NCBI GenBank assembly: GCA_023436115.1
Contig: JAEZKQ010000003.1
Location: 73,846-97,845, forward strand
Direction: 5' to 3'
Source: Bacillota bacterium
Lineage (GTDB): Bacteria > Bacillota > Clostridia > Christensenellales > SZUA-584
DNA: 24,000 nucleotides
Shown here: in pieces, positions 15,335 to 24,000 of the stretch
Numbering within the stretch: position 1 is the first letter of the stretch
Layout of the letters: every line of letters begins with the position of its first letter
Translations under genes and position numbers: made by a program
Notes under the pieces: generated by a model
The model's database searches: none
Told to the model about the DNA's origin: nothing
What the model saw: only the letters and a program-made list of their open reading frames with translations

Positions 15335-15982
15335 CTATATATACTTACTCGCTTCCTTCACACTCAGCGTGCTCAGCTTATTTTCCGCGAGAAAATCTCG
15401 AACCCACTCCGGATTCGTTTTGGAATATTCCCGAAGCGCCCAGCCGATGGCTTTGTTGAGGAAAAACTCTTTCGTACCGCAGTTGCTCTGTATCGCGCGG
15501 CTCAAAAACGCTGTGTCTGTCTTGTCCTTGTATTTGAGCTGAAACAATATCGACACGCGCTTAAGCCACATGTTATCGCTGTGAATCCATCCCGCCACCA
15601 CCGTCTCCTTTGCTTCGGGGTGGCGCGCGCAGATATCTCCGACCACAGTCGACGCGATTAAGTCCACTGTGTCCCACCACGACTTGGTCACGATCAGCTT
15701 TTCCACGTGAATTAAGTCATCTGCTGTCAACAGTCCCTTCGCAGCGATTAAATAATCCACTGCGAGGTACTGAAATTCCCTTTCGGGCTGGTCAAACATG
15801 AGGAAAATAAAATCCCAGTCTGCCGTCTTGTCTTTCTTCTTTTGTTTTAATATCTCGCGGCTCAATTCCGCGCGCTGCGGCTTTTGTATGCCCAGAAAGG
15901 CGAACTGGTTCTTAAGATACGCCGCCATATCCGCCGCTTTCTCTTTGTCCGCTTTTGCATAATACGCTTCAAATAGCTCCAT
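15335..15982 (-). CDS. DNA alkylation repair protein (AlkD/AlkC-like HEAT-repeat glycosylase family, PF08713-type)
   Basis: 215 aa. Blocks: ...MAAYLKNQFAFLGIQKPQRAEL..., ...SWWDTVDLIA..., ...WLKRVSILFQLKYKDKTD..., ...FFLNKAIGWALREYSKTNPEWV. These are characteristic blocks of the DNA_alkylation family. Confidence 0.85.
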   Translation of the reverse strand: MELFEAYYAKADKEKAADMAAYLKNQFAFLGIQKPQRAELSREILKQKKKDKTADWDFIFLMFDQPEREFQYLAVDYLIAAKGLLTADDLIHVEKLIVTKSWWDTVDLIASTVVGDICARHPEAKETVVAGWIHSDNMWLKRVSILFQLKYKDKTDTAFLSRAIQSNCGTKEFFLNKAIGWALREYSKTNPEWVRDFLAENKLSTLSVKEASKYI

Positions 15983-16061
15983 TACTTCCTCCGCTTTGTC
16001 ACATTACCATTATTTTATCATAGAACAGATATTGTGTCCTGTTCAAAGCGTGACGACTGAC

Positions 16062-16097
16062 ATATAGAAAAACAACCACCTTGTCGGATGGTTGTTT
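16062..16097 (-). terminator. Rho-independent terminator of the acc/fab operon
   Basis: Stem AAACAACCA (16070-16078) / TGGTTGTTT (16089-16097). On the minus strand it is followed by a T-rich tail, 17 nt downstream of the fabZ stop. Confidence 0.7.
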
Positions 16098-16113
16098 ATA
16101 CTTTAATATTTCC

Positions 16114-16545
16114 TTAATCCGGGTCACCGATGGCAAACGTGAGCTCGCAGCTCGCCGCCAGCTTGCCGTTCACATACGCTTTGCCGCTCCCGAGGCCGAT
16201 GCTCTCCTTCACAGTTTCCAGCGTGGCTTCCAGCATCAGCATGTCTCCCGGCACCACCTTTTCACGAAAACGCGCGTTTTTGATGCGTCCTAGAAATGCC
16301 AGCTTGCCTTTCATTTCATCCATGCTCAGCAGCGCGATACCGCCCATCTGCGCAATAGCTTCCACGATCAGCACACCGGGCATCACCTTCTTATCCGAAA
16401 AGTGTCCCATGAAGAACCACTCGTTTCCGCTCACGGCTTTCGCACCCTTCGCTATCACACCAGGGGTCAGCTCGTCCACCCTGTCCACCATCAAAAACGG
16501 TTCTCTGTGCGGCAATATCTGTTTGATCTGTTCTATATTCAGCAT
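16114..16545 (-). CDS. fabZ: 3-hydroxyacyl-ACP dehydratase
   Basis: 143 aa. LPHREPFLMVDRV and GHFSDKKVMPGVLIVEAIAQ hot-dog dehydratase motifs. Confidence 0.95.
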   Translation of the reverse strand: MLNIEQIKQILPHREPFLMVDRVDELTPGVIAKGAKAVSGNEWFFMGHFSDKKVMPGVLIVEAIAQMGGIALLSMDEMKGKLAFLGRIKNARFREKVVPGDMLMLEATLETVKESIGLGSGKAYVNGKLAASCELTFAIGDPD

Positions 16546-16556
16546 TTACCTCTCCT

Positions 16557-17795
16557 TTATGCCCTGTTTCCCTTGAGCACCACACAACTGTTATGCCCGC
16601 CGAAACCGAACGAATTGGATATGCCGTAAACCGAATCCAGCGGCTTGGCGCTGCCCTTCACATAATCAAGGTTGCAGCCCTCGCCTTCGGTTTCTAGGCC
16701 GATCGTCGGCGGCGCTATGCCCTCCGACAGCGCCATCACGGTAATCACCGCTTCAAACGCGCCCGCCGCGCCCAGCATGTGCCCCGTCATAGACTTTGTG
16801 GAGCTGACCAGCAGCTGCTTCGCGTGGTCGCCGAAGCACTTCTCGATGGCTGCGCTTTCGCTCACGTCGTTAAGCTGCGTGCTTGTACCGTGCGCGTTCA
16901 CATAGCCAACCTGCGCTTTATCAATCCCGGCATCCTCAATCGCAAGCTCCATCGCCCGGCAAGCATATTTGCCTTCCGGCTGCGGCGCGGTAACGTGGTA
17001 CGCGTCGCATGTCTGCGCGTAGCCCGCCACTTCACCCAGTATCGTCGCACCGCGTTTTTGTGCATGTGCTTCGCTCTCGATCAGCATAAACGCCGCACCC
17101 TCGCCCATGACAAAGCCCGTTCTGTCCTTGTCAAACGGTATGCTCGCGCGCTTGGGGTCGGTGCTTTCCGACAGCGCTTGCATCTGGTGGAACCCCTGAA
17201 CGGCCAGCGCTGCCATCACGGATTCCGAGCCGCCCACGAGTATCGCGTCCATACGCCCTTCGCGCACCGCGTAATACGCTTGTCCGATTGCGTCGGTACC
17301 CGTAGCGCATGCCGTCACGACAGCCAGACAGATACCATGCAGCCCCAGCCGCATACTGATCTGCCCCGCCGTGGTGTTGATAATGCACTTGGGAATGAAC
17401 AAAGACGACACGCTGCGCGGGCCGTTTTCCTTGAGTTCATCGTATTGCTCGCATATGGTATCAAGGCCGCCCATACCGCTGCCCAGTATCACACCCACAC
17501 GCTCGTCGTTAAATTCGCCTTCCTTAAGGCCGCTTTGTTCCCATGCCTGCATGGCCGCCACCACCGCGTATTGCGTGAAGAGATCCATGCGTTTCGCTTC
17601 CCGTTTGGTTATGTATTGCGATGGATCAAAGTCCTTGACCTGTCCCGCCACATAAATACCTGTCAGCTGCGCGTCAAAGCGTTCGGGCAGGCTGATACCG
17701 CATACACCGTCCACCGCGGCGCGAAACGACGAGGCCGCATCCAAACCGATAGGCGACACCGCGCCCAAACCGGTAATATAGACTTTATTTCTCAT
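16557..17795 (-). CDS. fabF: Beta-ketoacyl-ACP synthase II
   Basis: 412 aa. Active-site VVTACATG, HGTSTQLND, GHMLGAAG and SNSFGFGGHN. Confidence 0.95.
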   Translation of the reverse strand: MRNKVYITGLGAVSPIGLDAASSFRAAVDGVCGISLPERFDAQLTGIYVAGQVKDFDPSQYITKREAKRMDLFTQYAVVAAMQAWEQSGLKEGEFNDERVGVILGSGMGGLDTICEQYDELKENGPRSVSSLFIPKCIINTTAGQISMRLGLHGICLAVVTACATGTDAIGQAYYAVREGRMDAILVGGSESVMAALAVQGFHQMQALSESTDPKRASIPFDKDRTGFVMGEGAAFMLIESEAHAQKRGATILGEVAGYAQTCDAYHVTAPQPEGKYACRAMELAIEDAGIDKAQVGYVNAHGTSTQLNDVSESAAIEKCFGDHAKQLLVSSTKSMTGHMLGAAGAFEAVITVMALSEGIAPPTIGLETEGEGCNLDYVKGSAKPLDSVYGISNSFGFGGHNSCVVLKGNRA

Positions 17796-17813
17796 ATGAC
17801 CTCCAATTAAGCT

Positions 17814-18548
17814 TTAAATCACCATGCCGCCATCCACGACCATCACCTGTCCGGTGATATAAGCGGCGCGGTCACTGCACAAAAATCCCACCAGGTTGGC
17901 GACATCCTCAGGGGCACCAAAACGTTTTAACGCAATAGACGACTTCATTTTGTCCTTCAAGTCGTCGCTTAAACCATGCGTCATAGCCGTTTCGATAAAA
18001 CCGGGCGCTACCGCGTTTACGCAGATGCCGCGTCCCCCCAGTTCTTTTGCGCAGGCTTTTGTGAGGCCGATCATCGCCGCTTTCGATGCTGCGTAATTGG
18101 CCTGCCCCGCGTTGCCCATGATCCCCACAACCGATGTGATATTCACGATGCGCCCCTTGCGTGCTTTTATCATGTAAGCTGAGGCCTCGCGTGTGCAGTA
18201 AAAACAGCTGTCGATATTGGCACGCATCACGCCGCTGTACTGCTCATCGCTCATGCGCATGAGCAAGCCGTCGTCCGTGATGCCTGCGTTGTTCACCAGC
18301 GCAAACAACCCGCCCAGGCTTTCCACGCACTGCGCGATCAGCTGCTTACAGCCTTCGCTGCTGCTTAAGTCCGCCTTTAAAATCACGGCGTTCCGGCCCA
18401 GTTCTTTTACCGCCTCGGCCACCATCGCGGCCTTGGCTTCATTGCTGTTGTAATGTATCGCGATGTCGAATCCGTCTGCTGCCAGCTGTGTACAAATACC
18501 CTGTCCGATGCCCCCTGAAGCCCCCGTTACCAAAGCAACCTGACTCAT
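17814..18548 (-). CDS. fabG: 3-oxoacyl-ACP reductase (SDR)
   Basis: 244 aa. TGASGGIGQ, NNAG, YAASKAA. Position between fabD and fabF. Confidence 0.9.
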   Translation of the reverse strand: MSQVALVTGASGGIGQGICTQLAADGFDIAIHYNSNEAKAAMVAEAVKELGRNAVILKADLSSSEGCKQLIAQCVESLGGLFALVNNAGITDDGLLMRMSDEQYSGVMRANIDSCFYCTREASAYMIKARKGRIVNITSVVGIMGNAGQANYAASKAAMIGLTKACAKELGGRGICVNAVAPGFIETAMTHGLSDDLKDKMKSSIALKRFGAPEDVANLVGFLCSDRAAYITGQVMVVDGGMVI

Positions 18549-19471
18549 TCTTGCACCTCATTTGCTTTTTTAAAATCTTCGAGTGTGGCCGCGTCACGCA
18601 CCGAAACAACCGTTGTACCTTTTTCCACACGGCGCTTTAACATCTTGGAAAGTACGTTAGACGGGCCAATCTCCACAAAGCGGTCTACGCCGCTTGCGAT
18701 CATGTGCTCTATACAGTCGTGCCAGCGCACACGGCTTCTCATCTGCTGTGCGAGCAGCGCTTTTACATCGCTGCCGCTTTCATACGGTGCGCCCAGTGCG
18801 TTGGAATAAACGATGCCGCTCATGCTGCCAAACGCTTCGCCTTGCAGCACACCTAAAAACGCTTCGGAAGCACTGCTTAGCAGCGGCGCGTGAGACGGCC
18901 CCGCCACACTTAAAAGCGAAACCATCTTGGCCCCCATCTGCTCAAATTTCTCTTTGAGCATGTGCAGCTGCGCCATGCGTCCCGCCACAACCGTCTGCTT
19001 GTCCGATAAGTGGTTCGCCACATACGCATCCGACACATCCGCAATCGCCGCTTCCACGTCTTCCACACTAAAGCCGATCACCGAGAGCATGCCGCCTTCG
19101 CCCGGCGCAAACGCGCCGTCCATAATGCGGCCTCTTTGGCGCACCAGCGCCGTGCCCTGCGCCGCGCCGATCACACCTGCCGCGCAAAGTGCGCTGTATT
19201 CCCCCAGCGACAGCCCCGCATAACAATCAGCGGCTATCAAAGCGTTTTTAACAAGCTGCAACAACGACACGGTGTGCGCAAATATCGCGCTCTGCGCCGT
19301 TTCGCCTTTGTCCATATCCTGTCCTTCGAAGCATGCCGCTTTTAAATCAAGCCCCGCGGCCTGCGCGCATGCGTCAAACGTATGCCTGTAATCAATATAA
19401 TTATTATATAAGTCCGATCCCATGCCAATGGTTTGCGCACCCTGACCGGGAAATAAAAATGCCGTCTTCAT
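18545..19471 (-). CDS. fabD: Malonyl-CoA:ACP transacylase
   Basis: MKTAFLFPGQGAQ N-terminus at ATG 19471, forming an ATGA overlap with the fabK stop. GLSLGEYSAL nucleophile motif. The track extension to 19588 lies inside fabK and is rejected. Confidence 0.92.
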   Translation of the reverse strand: MKTAFLFPGQGAQTIGMGSDLYNNYIDYRHTFDACAQAAGLDLKAACFEGQDMDKGETAQSAIFAHTVSLLQLVKNALIAADCYAGLSLGEYSALCAAGVIGAAQGTALVRQRGRIMDGAFAPGEGGMLSVIGFSVEDVEAAIADVSDAYVANHLSDKQTVVAGRMAQLHMLKEKFEQMGAKMVSLLSVAGPSHAPLLSSASEAFLGVLQGEAFGSMSGIVYSNALGAPYESGSDVKALLAQQMRSRVRWHDCIEHMIASGVDRFVEIGPSNVLSKMLKRRVEKGTTVVSVRDAATLEDFKKANEVQE

Positions 19472-20439
19472 AGCTTCACCGAAAGCCGGCCGCATACATT
19501 TTGACATACTTCCTGCAGGCGTTTTGTGTCGAAAAGCTCTTTGATGATGTCCGCTGCGCTCTGTGTTTTGTCGAGCATGCACGCGCATTGCCCGGCCATA
19601 AACGAGCCGCCTTCCGCGTCGCCGTGAATCACAGCTTTTTGCAGCGACCCTTCACCCATCTTCTCCAACTTCTGAACAGCGTTTTCCTCATACTCCACGC
19701 GGGCAAGCTCGCGTACAAGTGGGCTTCTTAAAACACGAACAGGATGACCGGTCACACGTCCCGTCACCTTGATGTCGATATCCTTGGCCTTCATCACGCG
19801 GCGCTTATATTCGTCATGCGCGGTACACTCCTCGGCAAGAATAAAGCGTGTACCCACCTGAACGCCGGAAGCGCCAAGGCAAAAAGCCGCCGCCACGGTA
19901 TCTGCATCGAATATGCCGCCTGCCGCCACCACGGGGATGTCCACGCTGCGTACGATGTCCGGCATCAATACCATTGTGGTCAGCTCTCCGATATGGCCGC
20001 CTGCTTCGCAGCCTTCGGCAATCAAGAAATCTGCGCCCATGCGCTGCATCATAATCGCGAGTGCTCGGCTTGCCACAACAGGCGCGACAATGCACCCGGC
20101 TTCCTTCCACGATTTTACGTATTCCGCCGGGTTTCCCGCACCCGTGATGACCACTGGTACATGCTCCTCGGCTACGATCTTCGCGACCGCTTCCACATGC
20201 GGGCTTAGCAGCATCACATTAAGACCAAAAGGCTTGTCCGTCTTTTGTCTGACTAGTTGAATCTGCTCTCTGACCCACTCGGGCGGTGCATTTCCTGCGG
20301 CAATCACGCCCAGACCGCCTGCCATCGACACGGCGGCGGCGAGGTTCGCATTGGAAACCCACGCCATGCCGCCCTGAATGACAGGATAGTCTATGCCCAG
20401 CAAGTCACAAATGGTGCCTTTAAGCATTTTTCTTCCCAT
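19468..20439 (-). CDS. fabK: Enoyl-ACP reductase II (FMN-dependent, nitronate monooxygenase-like)
   Basis: 323 aa. IDYPVIQGGMAWVS, GAGNP and AAGGI motifs. Located between acpP and fabD. The start could be ATG 20439 or ATG 20427. Confidence 0.88.
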   Translation of the reverse strand: MGRKMLKGTICDLLGIDYPVIQGGMAWVSNANLAAAVSMAGGLGVIAAGNAPPEWVREQIQLVRQKTDKPFGLNVMLLSPHVEAVAKIVAEEHVPVVITGAGNPAEYVKSWKEAGCIVAPVVASRALAIMMQRMGADFLIAEGCEAGGHIGELTTMVLMPDIVRSVDIPVVAAGGIFDADTVAAAFCLGASGVQVGTRFILAEECTAHDEYKRRVMKAKDIDIKVTGRVTGHPVRVLRSPLVRELARVEYEENAVQKLEKMGEGSLQKAVIHGDAEGGSFMAGQCACMLDKTQSAADIIKELFDTKRLQEVCQNVCGRLSVKL

Positions 20440-20650
20440 CCAAATAACTCACAAGCGCGCCGACCGTTTTTAAGTCCTTCACTTCTTCATTGGGGATCTT
20501 GATTCCCGTTTCCTTTTCCAGATCGATCAGCATTTCCACCATATCGAGTGAGTCCATTTCGAAATCGTCCACGAAGTTGGATTCGGGTGTGATGTCTTCT
20601 CTTTTCAGGTCAAGCTGCTCCATTAAATTTTTGATAATGAGTTCTTCCAT
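20420..20650 (-). CDS. acpP: Acyl carrier protein
   Basis: FVDDFEMDSLDMVEMLIDLE carries the DSL phosphopantetheine-attachment serine. The second ATG (20650) has GGAGGA 7 nt upstream and gives a 76-aa protein. The track start is 20665. Confidence 0.92.
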   Translation of the reverse strand: MEELIIKNLMEQLDLKREDITPESNFVDDFEMDSLDMVEMLIDLEKETGIKIPNEEVKDLKTVGALVSYLDGKKNA

Positions 20651-20675
20651 TTCCTTATCCTCCATATAAGATTTT

Positions 20676-21647
20676 TTACAATGTCCAATCTATCACCACT
20701 CCTCCGCAGGATAACCCCGCGCCAAAGCCGACCAAGGCGACTCGGTCACCTTTTTTCAGCCAGCCCTTTTCATAGGCGTCAAATATGGCAATGGGGATTG
20801 TAGCGGATGACGTATTGGCATACTCGCCGATGTTTATAAAATATTGCTCATTGGCCATGTCCATTTTTCGTATGACATAATCGATAATTTTCTCATTGGC
20901 CTGATGCGGTATGATCTTATTATAAGGCTTATCGCCGCACTTCTGCAAAAGTTTTCTTAAAACACCTTCGATGACGCTTACCGCATAGGTAAACACATCC
21001 GCCCCCTTCATATGAAGGTGCTGCGTTTTGATGTCTGAAACTTCACAAAACGGTGTGCTGCGTTTTTCTCTTAGGCCCACTATCACATCGTCTCTGTCGG
21101 CCGTTCCCTCCATGATGGCATGGTGTATGCAGGGCTTGTCGCTTTTTTTCAGCACCACGGCCCCCGCGCCGTCTCCGAACAGCACACAGGTGCTTCTGTC
21201 CGTCCAGTCAGCGTATTTGCTTAGCGTTTCACCCGCGACCACCAGCGCGTTGTCGATATGCAGCGTGTCCATAAGACTGGCCGCTGTGATCAGCGCATAC
21301 ACAAAGCCCGAACAACCCGCGCCGACATCCATACCCACCGTATCGATATCCAGCCGTTTCTTGATGTAATCAGCCATAGACGGGGTGACATATTCGCTCG
21401 TGACGGTGCTGACAACGATCAGTCCGATGTCCTTTTTATCCATACCCGCATGGTCAAGAGCCTTTTGTGCCGCCTCAAAAGCCATATCAACTGCCGTTTC
21501 TTCCACCGCGATATGGCGTGTATGAATACCTGTACGTTTGACAATCCACTCGTCACTGGTATCCACCAGCTTTTTTAAATCCAGATTTGTGACAATTTTT
21601 TCGGGTACAACCTTGGATACGCCTGCTATCTCAACTGATGCAATCAA
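20676..21647 (-). CDS. fabH: Beta-ketoacyl-ACP synthase III
   Basis: 323 aa. GAGCSGF active-site Cys, PHQANEKII, NTSSATIPIA. TTG start 1 nt after the accA stop, with GAGAGGA upstream. Confidence 0.93.
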   Translation of the reverse strand: MIASVEIAGVSKVVPEKIVTNLDLKKLVDTSDEWIVKRTGIHTRHIAVEETAVDMAFEAAQKALDHAGMDKKDIGLIVVSTVTSEYVTPSMADYIKKRLDIDTVGMDVGAGCSGFVYALITAASLMDTLHIDNALVVAGETLSKYADWTDRSTCVLFGDGAGAVVLKKSDKPCIHHAIMEGTADRDDVIVGLREKRSTPFCEVSDIKTQHLHMKGADVFTYAVSVIEGVLRKLLQKCGDKPYNKIIPHQANEKIIDYVIRKMDMANEQYFINIGEYANTSSATIPIAIFDAYEKGWLKKGDRVALVGFGAGLSCGGVVIDWTL

Positions 21648-21648
21648 T

Positions 21649-22476
21649 TTATAGTCCTCTCATCCCTAAGAATTTCTCACGCCGCTTTTCCAAAATACTG
21701 TCAGACGGGATACGCGTTAAACGGCTGAGGCTTTCCGAGATCTCGCGCCGTATGGCACTGACGCTCTCGTCCATGTTAAAACGGTCAAAGCCCTCAGGCT
21801 CCTTAATCACGCTGTCTACGATGTTGAACCGTTTCAAATCCTCCGCTGTGAGCTTCAAGTTCTCCGCCGCTTCCTGCGCCATCGAGCTGTCCTTGAACAA
21901 TATCGATGCACATCCCTCTGGTGATATCACTGAAAAATAACTGTTTTCCATCATAATCAGCCTGTCTCCCAGCGACAATGCCAGCGCGCCGCCGCTGCCG
22001 CCCTCTCCGATAATGATGGAGATCACAGGCGTTTTAACGGTCGCCATGGCCTTCAAATGCTCCGCGATCACAAGCCCCTGCCCGCGCTCCTCGGCTTCCA
22101 CCCCGCAAAATGCGCCCGGCGTATCCACAAAGCAAATCACCGGCCTGCCGAATTTCTCGGCCTGCGCCAATGCACGCATGGATTTGCGATAGCCTTCCGG
22201 ATGCGGCATGCCAAAGTTACAACGCATGCGCTCTTCCAACGTATGGCCCTTTTGCTGCCCGATCACCGTCACGGCCCATCCCTCAAACCAGGCAATGGCT
22301 GTGACGATCGAATCATCATCGCCGTAAACGCGGTCTCCCTTCACCTCAAAAACGCCGGTAAACAGCTTATTGATATAATCTCTCGACTGGGGCCGGTTCT
22401 CTTTACGGGCATTTCTCACCTTATCCCACGGCTTCTCAGCCGTATTATGCGCTTCATTATATGACATTGTCCGCAT
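21649..22476 (-). CDS. accA: Acetyl-CoA carboxylase carboxyltransferase alpha subunit
   Basis: 275 aa. PEGYRKSMRALAQAEKFGRPVICFVDTPGA and IGEGGSGGALAL motifs. Confidence 0.93.
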   Translation of the reverse strand: MRTMSYNEAHNTAEKPWDKVRNARKENRPQSRDYINKLFTGVFEVKGDRVYGDDDSIVTAIAWFEGWAVTVIGQQKGHTLEERMRCNFGMPHPEGYRKSMRALAQAEKFGRPVICFVDTPGAFCGVEAEERGQGLVIAEHLKAMATVKTPVISIIIGEGGSGGALALSLGDRLIMMENSYFSVISPEGCASILFKDSSMAQEAAENLKLTAEDLKRFNIVDSVIKEPEGFDRFNMDESVSAIRREISESLSRLTRIPSDSILEKRREKFLGMRGL

Positions 22477-23338
22477 CTTCCTTTATCAGAGATTTATATA
22501 TGCCGTCACTTTTGTCATGCAGCGCCAATATCGCCGCCAGTGTGTCTCGCAGGTCTTTTCTGTCCACGATACGGTCGATCAGGCCATGTTCATATAGGTA
22601 TTCGGCTGTCTGGAATCCTTCCGGCAGTTTGTCTTTCACCGTCTGCTGTATGACACGCGGGCCCGCAAAGCCGATCAGTGCACCGGGCTCCGCGATGGTA
22701 ATATCGCCTTGCATCGCAAAGCTCGCCGTCACACCGCCCGTTGTGGGATGCGTGAGCACATTGACATGCAAAAGCTGCTGCTCGCTGTGCTTGGCAAGCG
22801 CAATGGTCGTGCGCGACATCTGAAGCAGCGAATGAATGCCTTCCTGCATGCGCGCGCCGCCAGACGCGCAAAAAATCACAAGCGGCAGCTGATTCAGCGT
22901 CGCAAACTCGGTGATGATAACGATTTTTTCACCTACGACGGTGCCCATGCTGCCCATCATAAAATACGAATCCATGACAGCCAGCGCGGTACGCACGCCC
23001 TTGATTGTTGCTTTGCCGATAATCACGCCTTCCTGCACGTTGGACTTAGATTTTTCATTGGCGATCTTCGTTTTGTAGCCCGGAAATGACAGCGGGTCCT
23101 TGCTTTCCGCTTCGCGCTCTATCTCAATAAAGCTGCCCGAATCCACGATCATCTCGATCCTTTTGTAGGCAGGCTGACGGAACAGCGCACCGCAATACGG
23201 ACAGATGGAATCGTTCGCATGCGCGATTCCGGCAATCATATCCTTGCCGCAGCCGTTGCAGTGCAGCTTTTCTATGTGCGAATTTTCCGGCCGCTTAGCG
23301 GCTATATCATTATCTATCTTTTCTGAAAAAAGTTTCAT
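22457..23338 (-). CDS. accD: Acetyl-CoA carboxylase carboxyltransferase beta subunit
   Basis: 293 aa. N-terminal Zn ribbon CNGCGK...CPYCG, then MGSMGTVVGEK and SGGARMQEG. Confidence 0.93.
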   Translation of the reverse strand: MKLFSEKIDNDIAAKRPENSHIEKLHCNGCGKDMIAGIAHANDSICPYCGALFRQPAYKRIEMIVDSGSFIEIEREAESKDPLSFPGYKTKIANEKSKSNVQEGVIIGKATIKGVRTALAVMDSYFMMGSMGTVVGEKIVIITEFATLNQLPLVIFCASGGARMQEGIHSLLQMSRTTIALAKHSEQQLLHVNVLTHPTTGGVTASFAMQGDITIAEPGALIGFAGPRVIQQTVKDKLPEGFQTAEYLYEHGLIDRIVDRKDLRDTLAAILALHDKSDGIYKSLIKEDADNVI

Positions 23339-24000
23339 GACTTCTCCTGATTAAAACGGCTCAAGAATACCTTCTCGATCCATTTGGTATGCACTCGGCC
23401 CGATACGAAATCATTGTCGCAAAGCATCGCTTTGGCAAAAGCCGCGTTATGAGACACGCCTTCTATTCTCAGTTCATCGAGCGCCGCAATGCTTAGAGCA
23501 ATGGCTTCCTGTCTGTCATCGCCATAACAGATCAGCTTCATAATCATTGAATCATAGAACGGCGATATCTCGTCACCCGATGCGTAGCCCGTATCGATGC
23601 GCACGCCGTTGCCTCCCGGAAGGCTCATGGATATGATCCTGCCCGGTGACGGCCGAAAATTCTCATGCACGTTTTCGGCATTGATACGGCATTCGATGCA
23701 GTGGCCTTTTGCCGTAATTTCCTCCTGCGGTATACACAAATGATGCCCCAGCGCCACCTGTATCTGGGCTTTGATCAAATCAACACCGTATATGCTTTCG
23801 GTGACCGGGTGCTCGACCTGTATGCGCGTATTCATTTCCATGAAATAAAAGCGGTTATCGTTAGCCAGCAAAAATTCCACAGTCCCCGCATTCTTGTATC
23901 CCACGCACTGGGCAATACGCACAGCCGTATCCTGAATATCGGCAAGCACCTTTTCATCCACATTGACAGCCGGCGCTTCCTCCAGCAGCTTTTGATTCTT
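23335..24000 (-). CDS. accC: Biotin carboxylase, C-terminal part; the gene continues past the window edge
   Basis: The frame is open to position 24000 (KNQKLLEEAPAVNVDEK...). GTVEFLL, YFMEMNTRIQVEHPVTE and the C-terminal biotin-carboxylase domain are present. ATGA overlap with accD. Confidence 0.92.
   Translation of the reverse strand, partial: KNQKLLEEAPAVNVDEKVLADIQDTAVRIAQCVGYKNAGTVEFLLANDNRFYFMEMNTRIQVEHPVTESIYGVDLIKAQIQVALGHHLCIPQEEITAKGHCIECRINAENVHENFRPSPGRIISMSLPGGNGVRIDTGYASGDEISPFYDSMIMKLICYGDDRQEAIALSIAALDELRIEGVSHNAAFAKAMLCDNDFVSGRVHTKWIEKVFLSRFNQEKS

Noticed and set aside
15093-15661. Short plus-strand ORFs 15093-15308 and 15266-15661 downstream of the AT-rich islet
   Set aside because: The first crosses a strong terminator hairpin. 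The second is antisense to the well-supported alkD-like gene.
16779-17810. 343-aa plus-strand ORF antisense to fabF. Similar long antisense or out-of-frame ORFs: 8673-9485 (+), 10930-11634 (-), 11363-11923 (-), 3788-4318 (+), 4589-5029 (+), 5141-5527 (+), 13378-13848 (-), 19744-20208 (+), 22709-23089 (+)
   Set aside because: Each lies entirely inside a gene with unmistakable family motifs on the other strand or frame. Their translations are Arg/His/Ala/Pro-rich low-complexity text, typical of stop-poor alternative frames in GC-rich DNA.
19472-19588. Upstream extension of the fabD ORF (MRVHARQNTERSGHH...)
   Set aside because: It lies inside the fabK coding sequence. The canonical MKTAFLFPGQGAQ start at 19471 forms an ATGA overlap with the fabK stop.
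16062-24000. Looked for anything unusual in the acc/fab operon: embedded regulator, extra genes, frameshifts
   Set aside because: It is an ordinary, tightly packed FAS II operon with intact catalytic motifs and coupled starts and stops. accB and any FapR/FabT-type regulator would lie upstream, outside the window, so their absence here means nothing.
1-24000. Search for tRNA/rRNA genes, integrases, transposases or prophage structural genes that would define a mobile element
   Set aside because: I could not identify any by eye in any frame. The AT-rich patches therefore cannot be assigned to a specific mobile-element class from this window alone.

Overview
This looks like a chromosomal segment from a GC-rich Gram-positive-type anaerobe. 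Core genes are roughly 55-60% GC by eye. The taxonomic guess (Clostridia-like) is inference from GGAGG-type RBSs, a fabK-type FAS II cluster, LrgAB and a membrane pyrophosphatase. Core content, left to right: the 3' end of a DUF2493/SLOG gene; a translationally coupled ABC exporter + YcaQ-like DNA glycosylase pair (-); lrgAB (+); a PadR + HAAS-type membrane protein pair (-); hppA (+); an alpha/beta hydrolase (+); an AlkD-like DNA alkylation repair gene (-); and a long minus-strand lipid operon, accC(partial)-accD-accA-fabH-acpP-fabK-fabD-fabG-fabF-fabZ. Four AT-rich patches interrupt this backbone, at about 340-2590, 6940-7520, 9975-10855 and 13990-15330. They look like acquired or decayed accessory DNA. 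The standout is the first patch, a compact two-gene operon. It encodes a SIR2-like (SIR2_2/DUF4917-like) protein with the GxGxS / N-Y-D / H-G-S motif series, followed 1 nt later by a DUF262 (GmrSD N-terminal, DGKQR motif) protein that lacks the usual DUF1524/HNH nuclease half. I read this as a candidate anti-phage NAD+-depletion system in a pairing I do not recognise as a named, validated system. Other observations: a REP-like GC-rich double-hairpin repeat present at two loci, a palindromic operator candidate inside the padR promoter, an orphan 300-aa ORF with a PD-(D/E)XK-like motif, and a small AT-rich islet carrying a possible PBECR-type toxin-like nuclease. All family assignments come from reading motifs in the translations. 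No database search was run.
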